From positions 12,753 through 76,752 of the forward strand of contig DASYRG010000029.1 in the NCBI GenBank assembly GCA_036004665.1: a DNA stretch of 64,000 bases, given 5' to 3'. The notes beneath the pieces were generated by a model. It made no database searches. It worked only from the letters and a program-made list of their open reading frames with translations, and was not told the DNA's origin. A program made the translations under genes and the position numbers. This document shows, one piece after another, positions 29,149 to 38,022 of the stretch. Within the stretch, counting starts at the first letter, position 1; every line of letters begins with the position of its first letter. Source of the stretch: a bacterium (GTDB lineage: Bacteria > Sysuimicrobiota > Sysuimicrobiia > Sysuimicrobiales > Humicultoraceae).

Positions 29149-30795
29149 GTGCCGCGGCTGCGCCGCCCGGCCCGGCCGCCCGCGGCGCTCCTGCTGGCGG
29201 CAGCCGCGTTCCTGCTCTTCACCCTCGGTCTCGGCCGGGGCAGCCTGTGGGATCAAGATGAGCCCCGCTACACCGACATCGCCCGCCAGATCACCGAGCG
29301 AGGCGATCCGATCACCCTCTACCACAACGGGGAGCCCTGGTTCGTCCACCCACCCCTGTACATGTGGCTCGTCGCGGCGACCGGGTGGCTGCTGGGGTTC
29401 TCCGAGTTCACGGCTCGGATCTGGACGTCGCTGTTTGGCACCGGGGGGGTTCTGGTCACCTTCCTGCTCGGCCGCCGCCTCTACGGCGCGCACGCGGGCC
29501 TGGTGGCGGGCCTGATCGTGATGACGACCCTGGAGTACTTCGTCCTCTCGCGGCTGGCGATCTTCGATGTCGTCCTTGTCACCTTCATGCTGGCCGCCCT
29601 CTACATGGTGCTGGCCGCGGAGGAGGCGGACGCCGCTGGCCGCCGGCGCGCCCTCCGCTGGGCCTTTGTCTGGGCCGGTCTGGCCACGCTGACCAAAGGC
29701 CCAATCGGCCTGCTGCTGCCGGCAATGGCCGTCGGCGCATGGTGGCTGTGGCGCGGCGTCCTGGTCGCGCGCCTGCGCGCCCTACCTGCCGAGGGTCTGC
29801 TTCTCTATGCCGTGATCGGCCTCTCCTGGTACGCCCTTGAAGCGGCGCGGCACGGCCTGCCCTTCCTGCAGCGCATGGTTGGCTACTATATGGTGGGGCG
29901 GTTCTTCGGCGTGGTGGAGAACCAGCCCGGCCCCTGGTACTACTATCTGCCGGTGCTCGCCCTGGGCGGCTTCCCCTGGAGCGCGCTTTTCCCGTCGCTC
30001 GCCGTCTACCATGGGCGCCGGTTCCGCCGGGATCCGCGCAGTCTCCTCCTCCTCATCTGGATCGGCGTGACCGTCCTGTTTTACTCCGCCGCGGGAACGA
30101 AACTGCCCAACTACGTCCTGCCGGTCTTCCCCGTCGCCGCGATTGCAGCCGGCCCGGTGTGGGTCCGCGCCATCTGGGAACGCGATACGGAAGCGGCCGG
30201 TCTGGTGCGCTGGGGCGCCGGCCTCCTACTGCTGGGCGGACTCGCCCTGGGGACGGCGGTGATGATCTTCGGGCAGATGAAGTACCCGGCGGAATTTGCC
30301 GCCGTCGCCCCGCACCTCCGCCGCCTCGGGGTGATGCTCGCGGTGGGGGTCGTGGTCGCGGCCCTCTTCCTGGCCGCGCGCGCCTACCGGCAGGGGTTCG
30401 CCGTCCTCACCGCGACGATGGTAGCGACGCTCCTCACTGTGGCCCTCGCCACCGTGCCGCACCTGGAGCGCCTCCGCGCCACCAAGCCGATGGCCCTGGC
30501 ACTGCGGGCCGTCGTGCGGCCGGAGGACAAAGTCGTCGGCATCGGACTCTCCGACCGTGCCTCCCTCGTCTACTACGGCCGCCACCCCATCATTTGGTTG
30601 GTCGGCGTGGAATCGCTTGCGCGGCGAAACCTCTGCGGGCCGCGCCGTGGCTTTCTGATCATCACCCGCGCCGAGTACGAGCGCTGGGCCCGAGGGGCTT
30701 TCGCTGGGGAGCTGATCACCCTCCGCGAGCTAGGGGATATGGTGCTGCTGGAGACCGCCGCCCCCCTGCCCTGCCCGCCCGCGCCGTCCTCGTGA
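29149..30795 (+). CDS. Glycosyltransferase family 39 (ArnT / PMT_2-like polyprenyl-phosphate sugar transferase)
   Basis: Multi-TM protein with the N-terminal DEPRYTDIARQI...HPPLYMWL pattern of ArnT/PMT-type enzymes. GTG start 2 nt after the lptF/G stop. Confidence 0.7.
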   Translation: MPRLRRPARPPAALLLAAAAFLLFTLGLGRGSLWDQDEPRYTDIARQITERGDPITLYHNGEPWFVHPPLYMWLVAATGWLLGFSEFTARIWTSLFGTGGVLVTFLLGRRLYGAHAGLVAGLIVMTTLEYFVLSRLAIFDVVLVTFMLAALYMVLAAEEADAAGRRRALRWAFVWAGLATLTKGPIGLLLPAMAVGAWWLWRGVLVARLRALPAEGLLLYAVIGLSWYALEAARHGLPFLQRMVGYYMVGRFFGVVENQPGPWYYYLPVLALGGFPWSALFPSLAVYHGRRFRRDPRSLLLLIWIGVTVLFYSAAGTKLPNYVLPVFPVAAIAAGPVWVRAIWERDTEAAGLVRWGAGLLLLGGLALGTAVMIFGQMKYPAEFAAVAPHLRRLGVMLAVGVVVAALFLAARAYRQGFAVLTATMVATLLTVALATVPHLERLRATKPMALALRAVVRPEDKVVGIGLSDRASLVYYGRHPIIWLVGVESLARRNLCGPRRGFLIITRAEYERWARGAFAGELITLRELGDMVLLETAAPLPCPPAPSS

Positions 30796-31481
30796 AGACC
30801 TCGCTGGTGCTGCCGACCTACAATGAGCGCGAGACGCTCCCCGCCCTGATCGCCGCCTTCGGGCCGCTGGCCGCCCCCCTCGATCTGGAGGTCGTCGTCG
30901 TCGACGATGCCTCCCCCGACGGCACCGCCGAGGTGGCCTCCCGCCTGGCCGCTGACGGCGACGTGCCGATGCGGCTGGTGCGGCGGGCCGGCAAGGGCGG
31001 ACTCGCCTCAGCGGTCCTGGCGGGCGCGTCGTCGTCGTCGGGCCGCATCATCGCCGTGATGGACAGCGACGGCTCTCATCCGCCCGCGACGCTGGCGCCC
31101 CTCGTGGCGGCCCTGGATGAAGGCGCGGACGTGGCCATCGCCTCGCGGTACGCCGGCGGTCGGATCACCGGCTGGCCCATCTGGCGGCGGGCGGCGAGCC
31201 TCGCCGCCACCGCCGCGGCGCGGATGCTCTTTCGGTTGAGGGTGCGCGATCCGCTCTCGGGTTTCTTCGCCGCCCGGCGCGAGGTTTTCACCCGGCGGAC
31301 CTACTGGGGCATCGGCTTCAAGATCCTGCTGGAGATTCTGGCACGGAATCCCGAGCTGTCGGTGAAAGAGATTCCTTACGTGTTCACCGACCGCGCCGCC
31401 GGCCGCAGCAAACTCTCCCTGAAGGAGGTGACGGCCTACCTCCAGCTCCTGCGGCGGCTGTGGAGGGAGCGGCTGGCCTGA
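30792..31481 (+). CDS. GT2 polyprenyl-phosphate glycosyltransferase (ArnC / dolichyl-phosphate mannose synthase-like)
   Basis: LVLPTYNERETLP...VVVVDDASPDGT...IAVMDSDGSHPP motifs of GT2 polyprenol-phosphate glycosyltransferases. GTGA overlap with the GT39 gene. Confidence 0.75.
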   Translation: MKTSLVLPTYNERETLPALIAAFGPLAAPLDLEVVVVDDASPDGTAEVASRLAADGDVPMRLVRRAGKGGLASAVLAGASSSSGRIIAVMDSDGSHPPATLAPLVAALDEGADVAIASRYAGGRITGWPIWRRAASLAATAAARMLFRLRVRDPLSGFFAARREVFTRRTYWGIGFKILLEILARNPELSVKEIPYVFTDRAAGRSKLSLKEVTAYLQLLRRLWRERLA

Positions 31482-32410
31482 TGGAGTTCGGCGTCACCCT
31501 CATCCCCCTGCTCATTCTGGTCAGCGGCGGGATCGCCTATGTCGGCAACCTGGTGGGTCGCGCGATCGGGCGCCGCCGCCTGACGCTCTTCGGCCTGCGC
31601 CCGCGCTATACCGCTCAGATCATCACCATCGCCACCGGCATGATCATCACCGTAATTACGGTGGCCGCGGTGCTGCTGGTCTCGCGCGACGCGCGGCAGG
31701 CCCTCTTCCAGTACCGCAGCCTGCAAGCGCAGATCAGCGGCCTGCGCGCCGAGATCCAGAACGCCGAGGCCCGCCTGCGCCAGCTGAAGCAGGGGGACAT
31801 CGCCTACCTGCGCAATCAGGAGGTCCTCCGCGGCGTGATCGACGGCCGGCTTCCCCTCGTGCAGGTCGCCGACCAGGTTGATTCGCTGCGGCTGCGCGCC
31901 GTCGACCTGGCGCTGGCCAATGGGATCAACGTCGACGGCACTACTGGCGCGGTGCTGCGGCTCTTTCCCGCGGAGCTGACCTGGGATCAGGTCGCCGCGA
32001 TGGTGAAGGAGCACGCTCGTGAGACCATCCTCCGCATCGTCGCCAACGAGAACGCGCTGGCGGGGGAACCGCTGGAGGTAAACGTTCAGCTCATCGACAA
32101 CCGGCTGGTTTTCCCGCGTGGGAGCACCCTCGCCTCCGCGACCCTCGATGGGCGACGCTCCCGGGACGAGATCGGCCGGCAGCTGCTCGACCTACTCGAT
32201 CAGGCCACCGCCGCGGCGCGCCGGGAAGTCCTGGCCCCGCCCTTTGCGCGCATCACCGAGTCCCCCCAACTGGAAGCAAACATCGATGCCATCCGGAGGG
32301 TCGTCGATCGGGTCGCCAGGGCGAAACGCCAGGTGCGGGTTGACGCCGTCACCGCGCGCGACGTCCAGACGACCGGTCCTGTGATCGTTGACTTCCGTCC
32401 GCATCTCTAG
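31481..32410 (+). CDS. DUF3084-like membrane-anchored coiled-coil protein
   Basis: Two N-terminal TM helices followed by a coiled coil (SLQAQISGLRAEIQNAEARLRQLKQ). This matches the DUF3084 architecture. The ATG at 31481 overlaps the GT2 stop (TGATG). Confidence 0.5.
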   Translation: MEFGVTLIPLLILVSGGIAYVGNLVGRAIGRRRLTLFGLRPRYTAQIITIATGMIITVITVAAVLLVSRDARQALFQYRSLQAQISGLRAEIQNAEARLRQLKQGDIAYLRNQEVLRGVIDGRLPLVQVADQVDSLRLRAVDLALANGINVDGTTGAVLRLFPAELTWDQVAAMVKEHARETILRIVANENALAGEPLEVNVQLIDNRLVFPRGSTLASATLDGRRSRDEIGRQLLDLLDQATAAARREVLAPPFARITESPQLEANIDAIRRVVDRVARAKRQVRVDAVTARDVQTTGPVIVDFRPHL

Positions 32411-32584
32411 CGGGCTGCGGGGGACGCTCTCAGCAAACCGAAAGATAGGACCACGGTTTCTTCGAGCGTCCCCCGCAGCCAGATAGGTGTGCTTGCGGAC
32501 GGAGTCTCCTGCCCTCGCAGACCGCAGAGTACCTGAGGCGCCGGCGAGGCACCGGACGAAACCGTGATCCAGTTTTTCGGTTTC

Positions 32585-32810
32585 GGGAGGTGCTTCCCCG
32601 GCGCCTATGGAACATGCACGCTGCGAGCGCAGGTGGACGGAGCAACCCTCCGTCAGAATAGGGAAGCCGGTGACTCACCGATCGCCCGTGTGCGGCCCGG
32701 TGAGGAGTCCGGCGCGGTCCCGCCGCTGTCACGGGGAGCGTGCCCTCCCGCACGACGCCACTAGGCCCGCCGCCATTTCGGCGGTCCCGGGTCCGGGAAG
32801 GCTGAGGGTC
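32585..32810 (+). ncRNA. Putative cobalamin (B12) riboswitch in the leader of the TonB-dependent receptor gene
   Basis: Contains GGTGC..., AATAGGGAAGCCGGTGA, GGTGAGGAGTCCGG, a GTCCCGCCGCTGTCACGGGGA block (B12-box-like; consensus GCCACTG, here GCCGCTG) and a downstream GGGAAGGC element. Ends about 120 nt upstream of the receptor ATG. Confidence 0.5.
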
Positions 32811-32927
32811 ACGCGAGGAGCCGGAGCCAGAAGACCTGCCTGCGCTTTCCAGACCGGTATCGCCGCCGCGGCTTCTACAGCAAGCGCGGCGACGGGCCAC
32901 GCCTTCGCGGAAGGGGGTGGGTCTTCT

Positions 32928-34730
32928 ATGTTCTCCCGTCCTTGGCCCACGGGCCTGCTGGTCGTGGGCCTTCTCGTTTTTGCGGGGGAGACGGCGCTGA
33001 GCCAGGTGCCGACCTTCGAAGGGGAGGAGGTGGTCGTGCCCGGGAGGCGCCCGCAGCAGCTCCCGGCCACTCCGGCCTACGTGACCGTGATTCCCGCCGA
33101 TGAACTGAGGCGGATGGGGTTTCTCACACTGGGAGAGGCGCTCCGCTTCCTCGCCGAAGTGTCGGTGCGGGTCGCGGGGGCGGGCCCCGGCGGGTTGTCC
33201 CAACCCTCCATCCGCGGCTCTTCTCCTCAGCAGGTGCTGGTGCTCATCGACGGGATTCCGCTGAACAGCACGGCCCAGTTCGGGGTGAATCTCTCCACGA
33301 TCACGCTGGAGGACGTCGAGCGGGTCGAGGTCCTGCGCGGCCCCTACTCCGCGATCTACGGCAATGCCCTCGGCGGAGTCATCCAGGTGGCGACGCGCAC
33401 GGATCCGCGCCCGCAGGCTGCGGCGGGGACCGGAAGCCATGGGGCCGCGCAGGCGTCCCTGCGCCTGGGTGGCCGCTGGCGCGGCGGCGTCTTCAGCCTG
33501 GGCGCACAGTACCTCGGCAGCAGCGGCGACCGTCTCAACGCCGACGCCTCCCGGTGGACCGCCAACGCGCGTCTGACGCTGGAGACCGGCGCGTCGCGCT
33601 CGCTGACGTTTGCCGCCCAGCACACGGCCGGGCGAACCGGCCTTCCCGGTCCGACCTTCTTCCCGACGCCGTCCGACCGTATCAGCGATGAACGCTTCCT
33701 TGCCCACCTGACCTGGGCAGAGAAGGTGGAGGGAGGCTCGTCCTCGGAGGCGCGCCTCTGGCGGCTGAGTGACCGCCTCCTCTTCACCTCCCCCGGCTTC
33801 GTCTCCGACGATCGCGGGACCGCCTCCGGCGCCTCCTGGCAGCGGGTGCAGCGGATGGACGAACGGACCGTCTTGACCTGGGGCGCCGAGGTGCAGTCGG
33901 TCACGTTCCGCTCCTCTTCGACGTTTTCTGGGTTTGCTGGCGACGCGACGACGGCCGCAGGGTACGTGCAGTACGACGTGCTGCTCCGCCCCCGCACCCT
34001 GCTGGGTGTGGGCGTGCGCTACGACAGTCATCCCGGCTACGCCGGGCAGGTCAATCCGCGGCTGGGGTTTGTGCACTTCGCCTCTGAGACCCTGCGCCTG
34101 CGCGGCGGTGTGGGCCGCGCCTTTCGCGCCCCCACCTTCTTCGAGCTGGCCTATCCCGGGTGCAGCAACCCGGGGCTGCGGCCGGAGGAAGCGTGGGCGG
34201 CGGACGTCGGCGCGGAGGCAACCCTCCGCCCCGGGCTGACCGCGCGCCTCAACGCCTTCTACACCGCCGCGAGGGATCTGATCGTCGGTGGGTGCCTTCC
34301 CATGAACGTCGGGTCAGCCCGCATCGGCGGTCTCTCCGCCGAGGTGGTTGGCGCCCTCAGCGGGACGTGGCTGCTCTCGGCGAACATCACCTGGTCCAGC
34401 GGCATCGACCTCCGCACCGGCCTGCCTTTGCTCCGTCTTCCCGGATGGCAGGCCAACGTGATCCTCCGCCACGCGCCGCATCCGGACCTCAACATCTCCC
34501 TCGTGGTGAATGTTGTGTCCTCACGGGACGATCTCGATACCTCCACCTTCCCTGCGACGCGGGTGACGCTCCCTGGGTACGCGATCCTGGGGCTGCGCGT
34601 CGAACAGAAGATCGGCGGGCCGGTGCTGCGCGCCGGCGTAGACAACCTGCTGGATCTGCCTTATGAGACCCTCCGCGGCTTCCCCGGTGCGGGAAGGACA
34701 TTCTTTGTGTCGCTCGGGGGGAACTTCTGA
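32928..34730 (+). CDS. TonB-dependent outer membrane receptor (BtuB-like)
   Basis: Signal peptide, plug domain (VIPADELRRMGFLTLGEALRFLAEVSV...IRGSSPQQVLVLIDGIPLN...VERVEVLRGPYSAIYGNALGGVIQV) and a C-terminal barrel ending ...FFVSLGGNF. Confidence 0.8.
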   Translation: MFSRPWPTGLLVVGLLVFAGETALSQVPTFEGEEVVVPGRRPQQLPATPAYVTVIPADELRRMGFLTLGEALRFLAEVSVRVAGAGPGGLSQPSIRGSSPQQVLVLIDGIPLNSTAQFGVNLSTITLEDVERVEVLRGPYSAIYGNALGGVIQVATRTDPRPQAAAGTGSHGAAQASLRLGGRWRGGVFSLGAQYLGSSGDRLNADASRWTANARLTLETGASRSLTFAAQHTAGRTGLPGPTFFPTPSDRISDERFLAHLTWAEKVEGGSSSEARLWRLSDRLLFTSPGFVSDDRGTASGASWQRVQRMDERTVLTWGAEVQSVTFRSSSTFSGFAGDATTAAGYVQYDVLLRPRTLLGVGVRYDSHPGYAGQVNPRLGFVHFASETLRLRGGVGRAFRAPTFFELAYPGCSNPGLRPEEAWAADVGAEATLRPGLTARLNAFYTAARDLIVGGCLPMNVGSARIGGLSAEVVGALSGTWLLSANITWSSGIDLRTGLPLLRLPGWQANVILRHAPHPDLNISLVVNVVSSRDDLDTSTFPATRVTLPGYAILGLRVEQKIGGPVLRAGVDNLLDLPYETLRGFPGAGRTFFVSLGGNF

Positions 34731-35611
34731 TGCCGCACCCCCGGATCCGGCCCGGGCCGGCGTGGTGGCTGGCGATGGTCGTCCTCCTGGCCGTGGCCGG
34801 GGCGGCCATGCTCGCAGGCGTGACACGGCGCGTCACCCCTGCCGCTCAGTCGGGTGGGCCGCCGCTCTCGCCCTCCTCTGCGAAAGGATTCTCCGCCCCG
34901 TCCGCAGAGGCTGAGGGGCATCCGGTCTTCGAATATCCCGCCTCCTCGGGAGTGCGCCCACCCGGGGGCGTCAGACCCCCTGCTTCTCCGCGTCCGTCTC
35001 CGGCCATCTCGGCGGCCTCCCGCAGATCCCCATCTCGCCCCGCCGCCCGAACAGTGCGACGGCAACCCCCGGCCGGGCCGCCGGCGGCACCCTCCGAGAT
35101 ATCGGGGGGTCGGGGACGCCGCCAGACAGGAGTGGGCGCCGGGAAGGCGAGGAACACGAAAGGAGGTCCGACGCAGCCGCCCGCGTCCTCGGCGACGGCT
35201 CCCAGCGGGTCTCCCCCTGCCGGGACAGAGCAAGGGCCGTCCGAAGGCCCCACTCCCGCTACCCTCGACGCGACCCCTTTCCCCACCGCCCGTGAATCCT
35301 CGCCGACGCTGAGACCTCCGGTTCCCCTGGAGCAGCCACCCCTACATCCGGTCCTGCGCGCCACCATCACCTCCGGCCCGGGGGGCGGCTCAGCCGTGGA
35401 GGAGGCTGCTGTCCGGGGACGGGTGAAGGTCCGCCTGCTGATCCGCAGCGATGGAGGTGTGGCGAGTGTCGAGGTGATCCTTTCCTCAGGGGACGCCGCC
35501 CTCGATGAGGCCGCCCGCCTTGGCCCCCTGAAGTGGCGCTTTGCCCCGGCGACGCGCGATGGGGTGCCGATCGCTGCTTACCTTCTCATCTGGATTACCT
35601 TTAGCGTATGA
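34730..35611 (+). CDS. tonB: TonB-family energy transducer
   Basis: N-terminal TM anchor, long Pro-rich spacer and a TonB C-terminal domain (GRVKVRLLIRSDGGVASVEVILSSGDAALDEAARLGPLKWRFAPATRDGVPIAAYL). TGATG overlap with the receptor gene. Confidence 0.7.
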   Translation: MPHPRIRPGPAWWLAMVVLLAVAGAAMLAGVTRRVTPAAQSGGPPLSPSSAKGFSAPSAEAEGHPVFEYPASSGVRPPGGVRPPASPRPSPAISAASRRSPSRPAARTVRRQPPAGPPAAPSEISGGRGRRQTGVGAGKARNTKGGPTQPPASSATAPSGSPPAGTEQGPSEGPTPATLDATPFPTARESSPTLRPPVPLEQPPLHPVLRATITSGPGGGSAVEEAAVRGRVKVRLLIRSDGGVASVEVILSSGDAALDEAARLGPLKWRFAPATRDGVPIAAYLLIWITFSV

Positions 35612-36051
35612 GCCCCCGGGATGGGATGCCTGAGCCTGCCGTGGTTCTCGCCGTCGACCCTGGCCGGCTGAAATGCGGCCTCGCCGTGGGACGGCCCGGG
35701 GCGATCCTCGCCCGGGCGGTGGTCGCGTCGGATCGGGTGGCAGAGGTGGTGGGGGTGTGGACGGAGCGGTTCGGGGTAAAACGCGTCCTCCTCGGCCAGG
35801 GGACCGGGTCCGAGTCGGTGCACCAGGCACTGGCTGGTCTCCCCGGTCTGCCCCGGGTCGAGGCCGTCGAGGAAACGGCCAGCACCCTCGAAGCCCGCCG
35901 GCGCTACTTCCGGGACCACCCCCCCAGGGGATTGCGGCGCCTGCTTCCGCTCTCACTCCAGGTGCCTCCGGTGGACTACGATGACTATGCAGCCGAGCTC
36001 CTCCTGGAGCGCGCTGTGGGAGGACAGCATGAGGCAGGCGGAGGCGATTGA
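35608..36051 (+). CDS. YqgF/RuvC-like RNase H-fold nuclease (pre-16S rRNA nuclease / Holliday-junction-resolvase-like)
   Basis: VVLAVDPGRLKCGLAVG... N-terminus typical of YqgF/RuvC-like resolvases. 147 aa. ATGA overlap with tonB. Confidence 0.55.
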   Translation: MSPRDGMPEPAVVLAVDPGRLKCGLAVGRPGAILARAVVASDRVAEVVGVWTERFGVKRVLLGQGTGSESVHQALAGLPGLPRVEAVEETASTLEARRRYFRDHPPRGLRRLLPLSLQVPPVDYDDYAAELLLERAVGGQHEAGGGD

Positions 36052-36528
36052 GCGAGCCTGGGCCCGTGCGGGCCCGTCCGGACGAGGATGGATCAGGAAG
36101 GAATTGGCTGGGCGCCGTCGAACCCCCTACGAGCGTAGCAGTTGGCGACGCGCGGTAAGCACCAGAAAAACCTTTGAATCAGGAGACGAAGCCGCTACAC
36201 TGATGCGCGGCAGCGGCCGCCGAGAGGTGTCCTGCGCCGTGTGTGGCTTTCCAAGCGAAGTTCGCAGGAAGATCTGTGCAGTTTCTGTAGAAGCCGTCTT
36301 TGCAAGCGTCTGACGCCGCCTGGCCCGTGAGGGCCCAGGGCGAATCCGAGCGGGGAAAGGAGGGCCGCCAAGAGCAGTCCGCCGGAGGAGAGGTGGCGGG
36401 ACGAACAGGGCCAGAGGTGACCTGGTGGAGCGCCGGAAAGGCGATCACTCAGATGGAGGAAACATGACCACTCCAACGGAGACTCCCCCAGCACCCAACG
36501 GCTCGATCACATCAAGGGGGGTAACACG

Positions 36529-38019
36529 TTGAAGAAGTTCCTCGCACTTGGCATCGCAGCAGTGCTTTCGCTTGCGGTCGCCGCCCCTGCCTTCGCCCAG
36601 CCATTCGCCGACGTCGACGCCCTGCACTGGGCGTTCGACGCGATCGTCGAGCTGGCCGCGAAGGGCATCATCGAAGGCTATCCCGACGGGACCTTCAAGG
36701 GCGACCGGGCAATGACCCGTTACGAGATGGCGATGGTCGCATCCAGGCTCCTCGCCCGGATCGAAGCCATCAAGATCCCACCCCCTCCAAAGATCCCACC
36801 GCCCGAAGTGACGCGCGCCGACATCGACCGCCTGACGCGGCTCCTCAACGAGTTCCGCGCAGAGCTGTCTGCCCTCGGCGTCCGCATCACGGCGTTGGAG
36901 GAGGAACTTGCGGCGCTCCGCGCACGCGTGGACAACACCTTCATCACCGGGAACTGGACCTACGTCTACGTCACCGGTGGGGGGTTTACCACGGGCACGC
37001 CCGAAGTGCAGCGGAACCGCATCCGGCTGAACATCCGGGGCCGGCTCTCCCCTGAGTTCCAGGTCTTCCTGCGCGCCCGGTGGAACTCCCTCTACACCTT
37101 CTCCGGCTTCTCGGGCTGCACCACTGGGCACTGCGCTGTCACCGACTTCGACCGGCTGCGCGGCGACTGGGCCTCGCCGTGGTTTGGCATGGTCTGGTCC
37201 GTCGGCCGCGAGTACTGGCAGTTGGGCCCGCTCGGCCACCTGCTCTTCGCCGAGACTTCTCGCGAAGGCATGCGGGTCACCGGGGGGTTCGGCGGAATCA
37301 ACTGGACGGTCCTCGGCTTCTGGAACAGCGGCGGCGCCGGCTCCAAGACCTACGGCGTCCGCGTCGAACTCCCATCCTTCGCCGGCTGGACGTTCGGCGT
37401 CAACTACCGCCAGGACCGGAACAACCTCGACACATCGGACCCGCTCGGCAACGGCACCGGGTTCGGCTTCGACTGGAGCGGCAGCTTCATGGGCGGCTTT
37501 ACGTTCTCGGGTGAGTACGCCAGCTGGAATCCCGTGGGCGGCTGCCCAGACACGGTTGACCCGGGCGACGGCTGCACCACGCTCTTCGCCAAGCTCTCGA
37601 TCAACCTCGGCCAGTTCGTCGGCGCCAGCCAGTTTGCGCCGATGCTCAGCATCTACTATAGGGACTTCCGGCAGGGCTTCGTGGCGACCGCAGGCACCTG
37701 CGGCGCGACCACCTGCTCGGACCACGCCTTCCTGGCCCAGGGCAACTGGCTCTTCTACACGCTCCTATTCGGGGGTCAGTTCTGGGGCGCGGACCTGTCC
37801 CTGCAGCTCTCCTCCCGGCTCTCGGGACTCGTTGCCTATGAGACCGGCACGGTCTACGGCATCGCCGACACCACGACCAACGGCCTTCTGGCCAGGGCCG
37901 TCTACACCCTTTCCAGGAACGCCACCGCCGAAGTGGAGTACGGTCGGCAGGTGATCACCACTTCCGGGGTCTCCACCACCATCAGTGGCGCGGCGTTCCG
38001 CGTCTTCTTCAGCTGGTAG
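36529..38019 (+). CDS. SLH-domain outer-membrane porin (OmpM/Slp-like outer-membrane-to-peptidoglycan tether)
   Basis: Signal peptide, N-terminal S-layer-homology domain (FADVDALHWAFDAIVELAAKGIIEGYPDGTFKGDRAMTRYEMAMVASRLL), a coiled-coil segment and a C-terminal amphipathic beta-barrel region ending ...AAFRVFFSW. Confidence 0.75.
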   Translation: MKKFLALGIAAVLSLAVAAPAFAQPFADVDALHWAFDAIVELAAKGIIEGYPDGTFKGDRAMTRYEMAMVASRLLARIEAIKIPPPPKIPPPEVTRADIDRLTRLLNEFRAELSALGVRITALEEELAALRARVDNTFITGNWTYVYVTGGGFTTGTPEVQRNRIRLNIRGRLSPEFQVFLRARWNSLYTFSGFSGCTTGHCAVTDFDRLRGDWASPWFGMVWSVGREYWQLGPLGHLLFAETSREGMRVTGGFGGINWTVLGFWNSGGAGSKTYGVRVELPSFAGWTFGVNYRQDRNNLDTSDPLGNGTGFGFDWSGSFMGGFTFSGEYASWNPVGGCPDTVDPGDGCTTLFAKLSINLGQFVGASQFAPMLSIYYRDFRQGFVATAGTCGATTCSDHAFLAQGNWLFYTLLFGGQFWGADLSLQLSSRLSGLVAYETGTVYGIADTTTNGLLARAVYTLSRNATAEVEYGRQVITTSGVSTTISGAAFRVFFSW

Positions 38020-38022
38020 CAG

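Noticed and set aside
35981-36313. 110-aa + ORF overlapping the 3' end of the YqgF-like gene (MTMQPSSSWSALWED...CAVCGFPSEVRRKIC...)
   Set aside because: Overlaps the upstream gene by ~70 nt in another frame and has no RBS or recognisable domain. Its three Cys do not form a complete zinc-ribbon pattern. Possibly just the leader region of the OmpM-like gene.
36445-37725. 426-aa minus-strand ORF and several + strand alternative-frame ORFs over the OmpM-like gene
   Set aside because: OmpM-like frame has SLH-domain homology and signal peptide; the others are frame artefacts.
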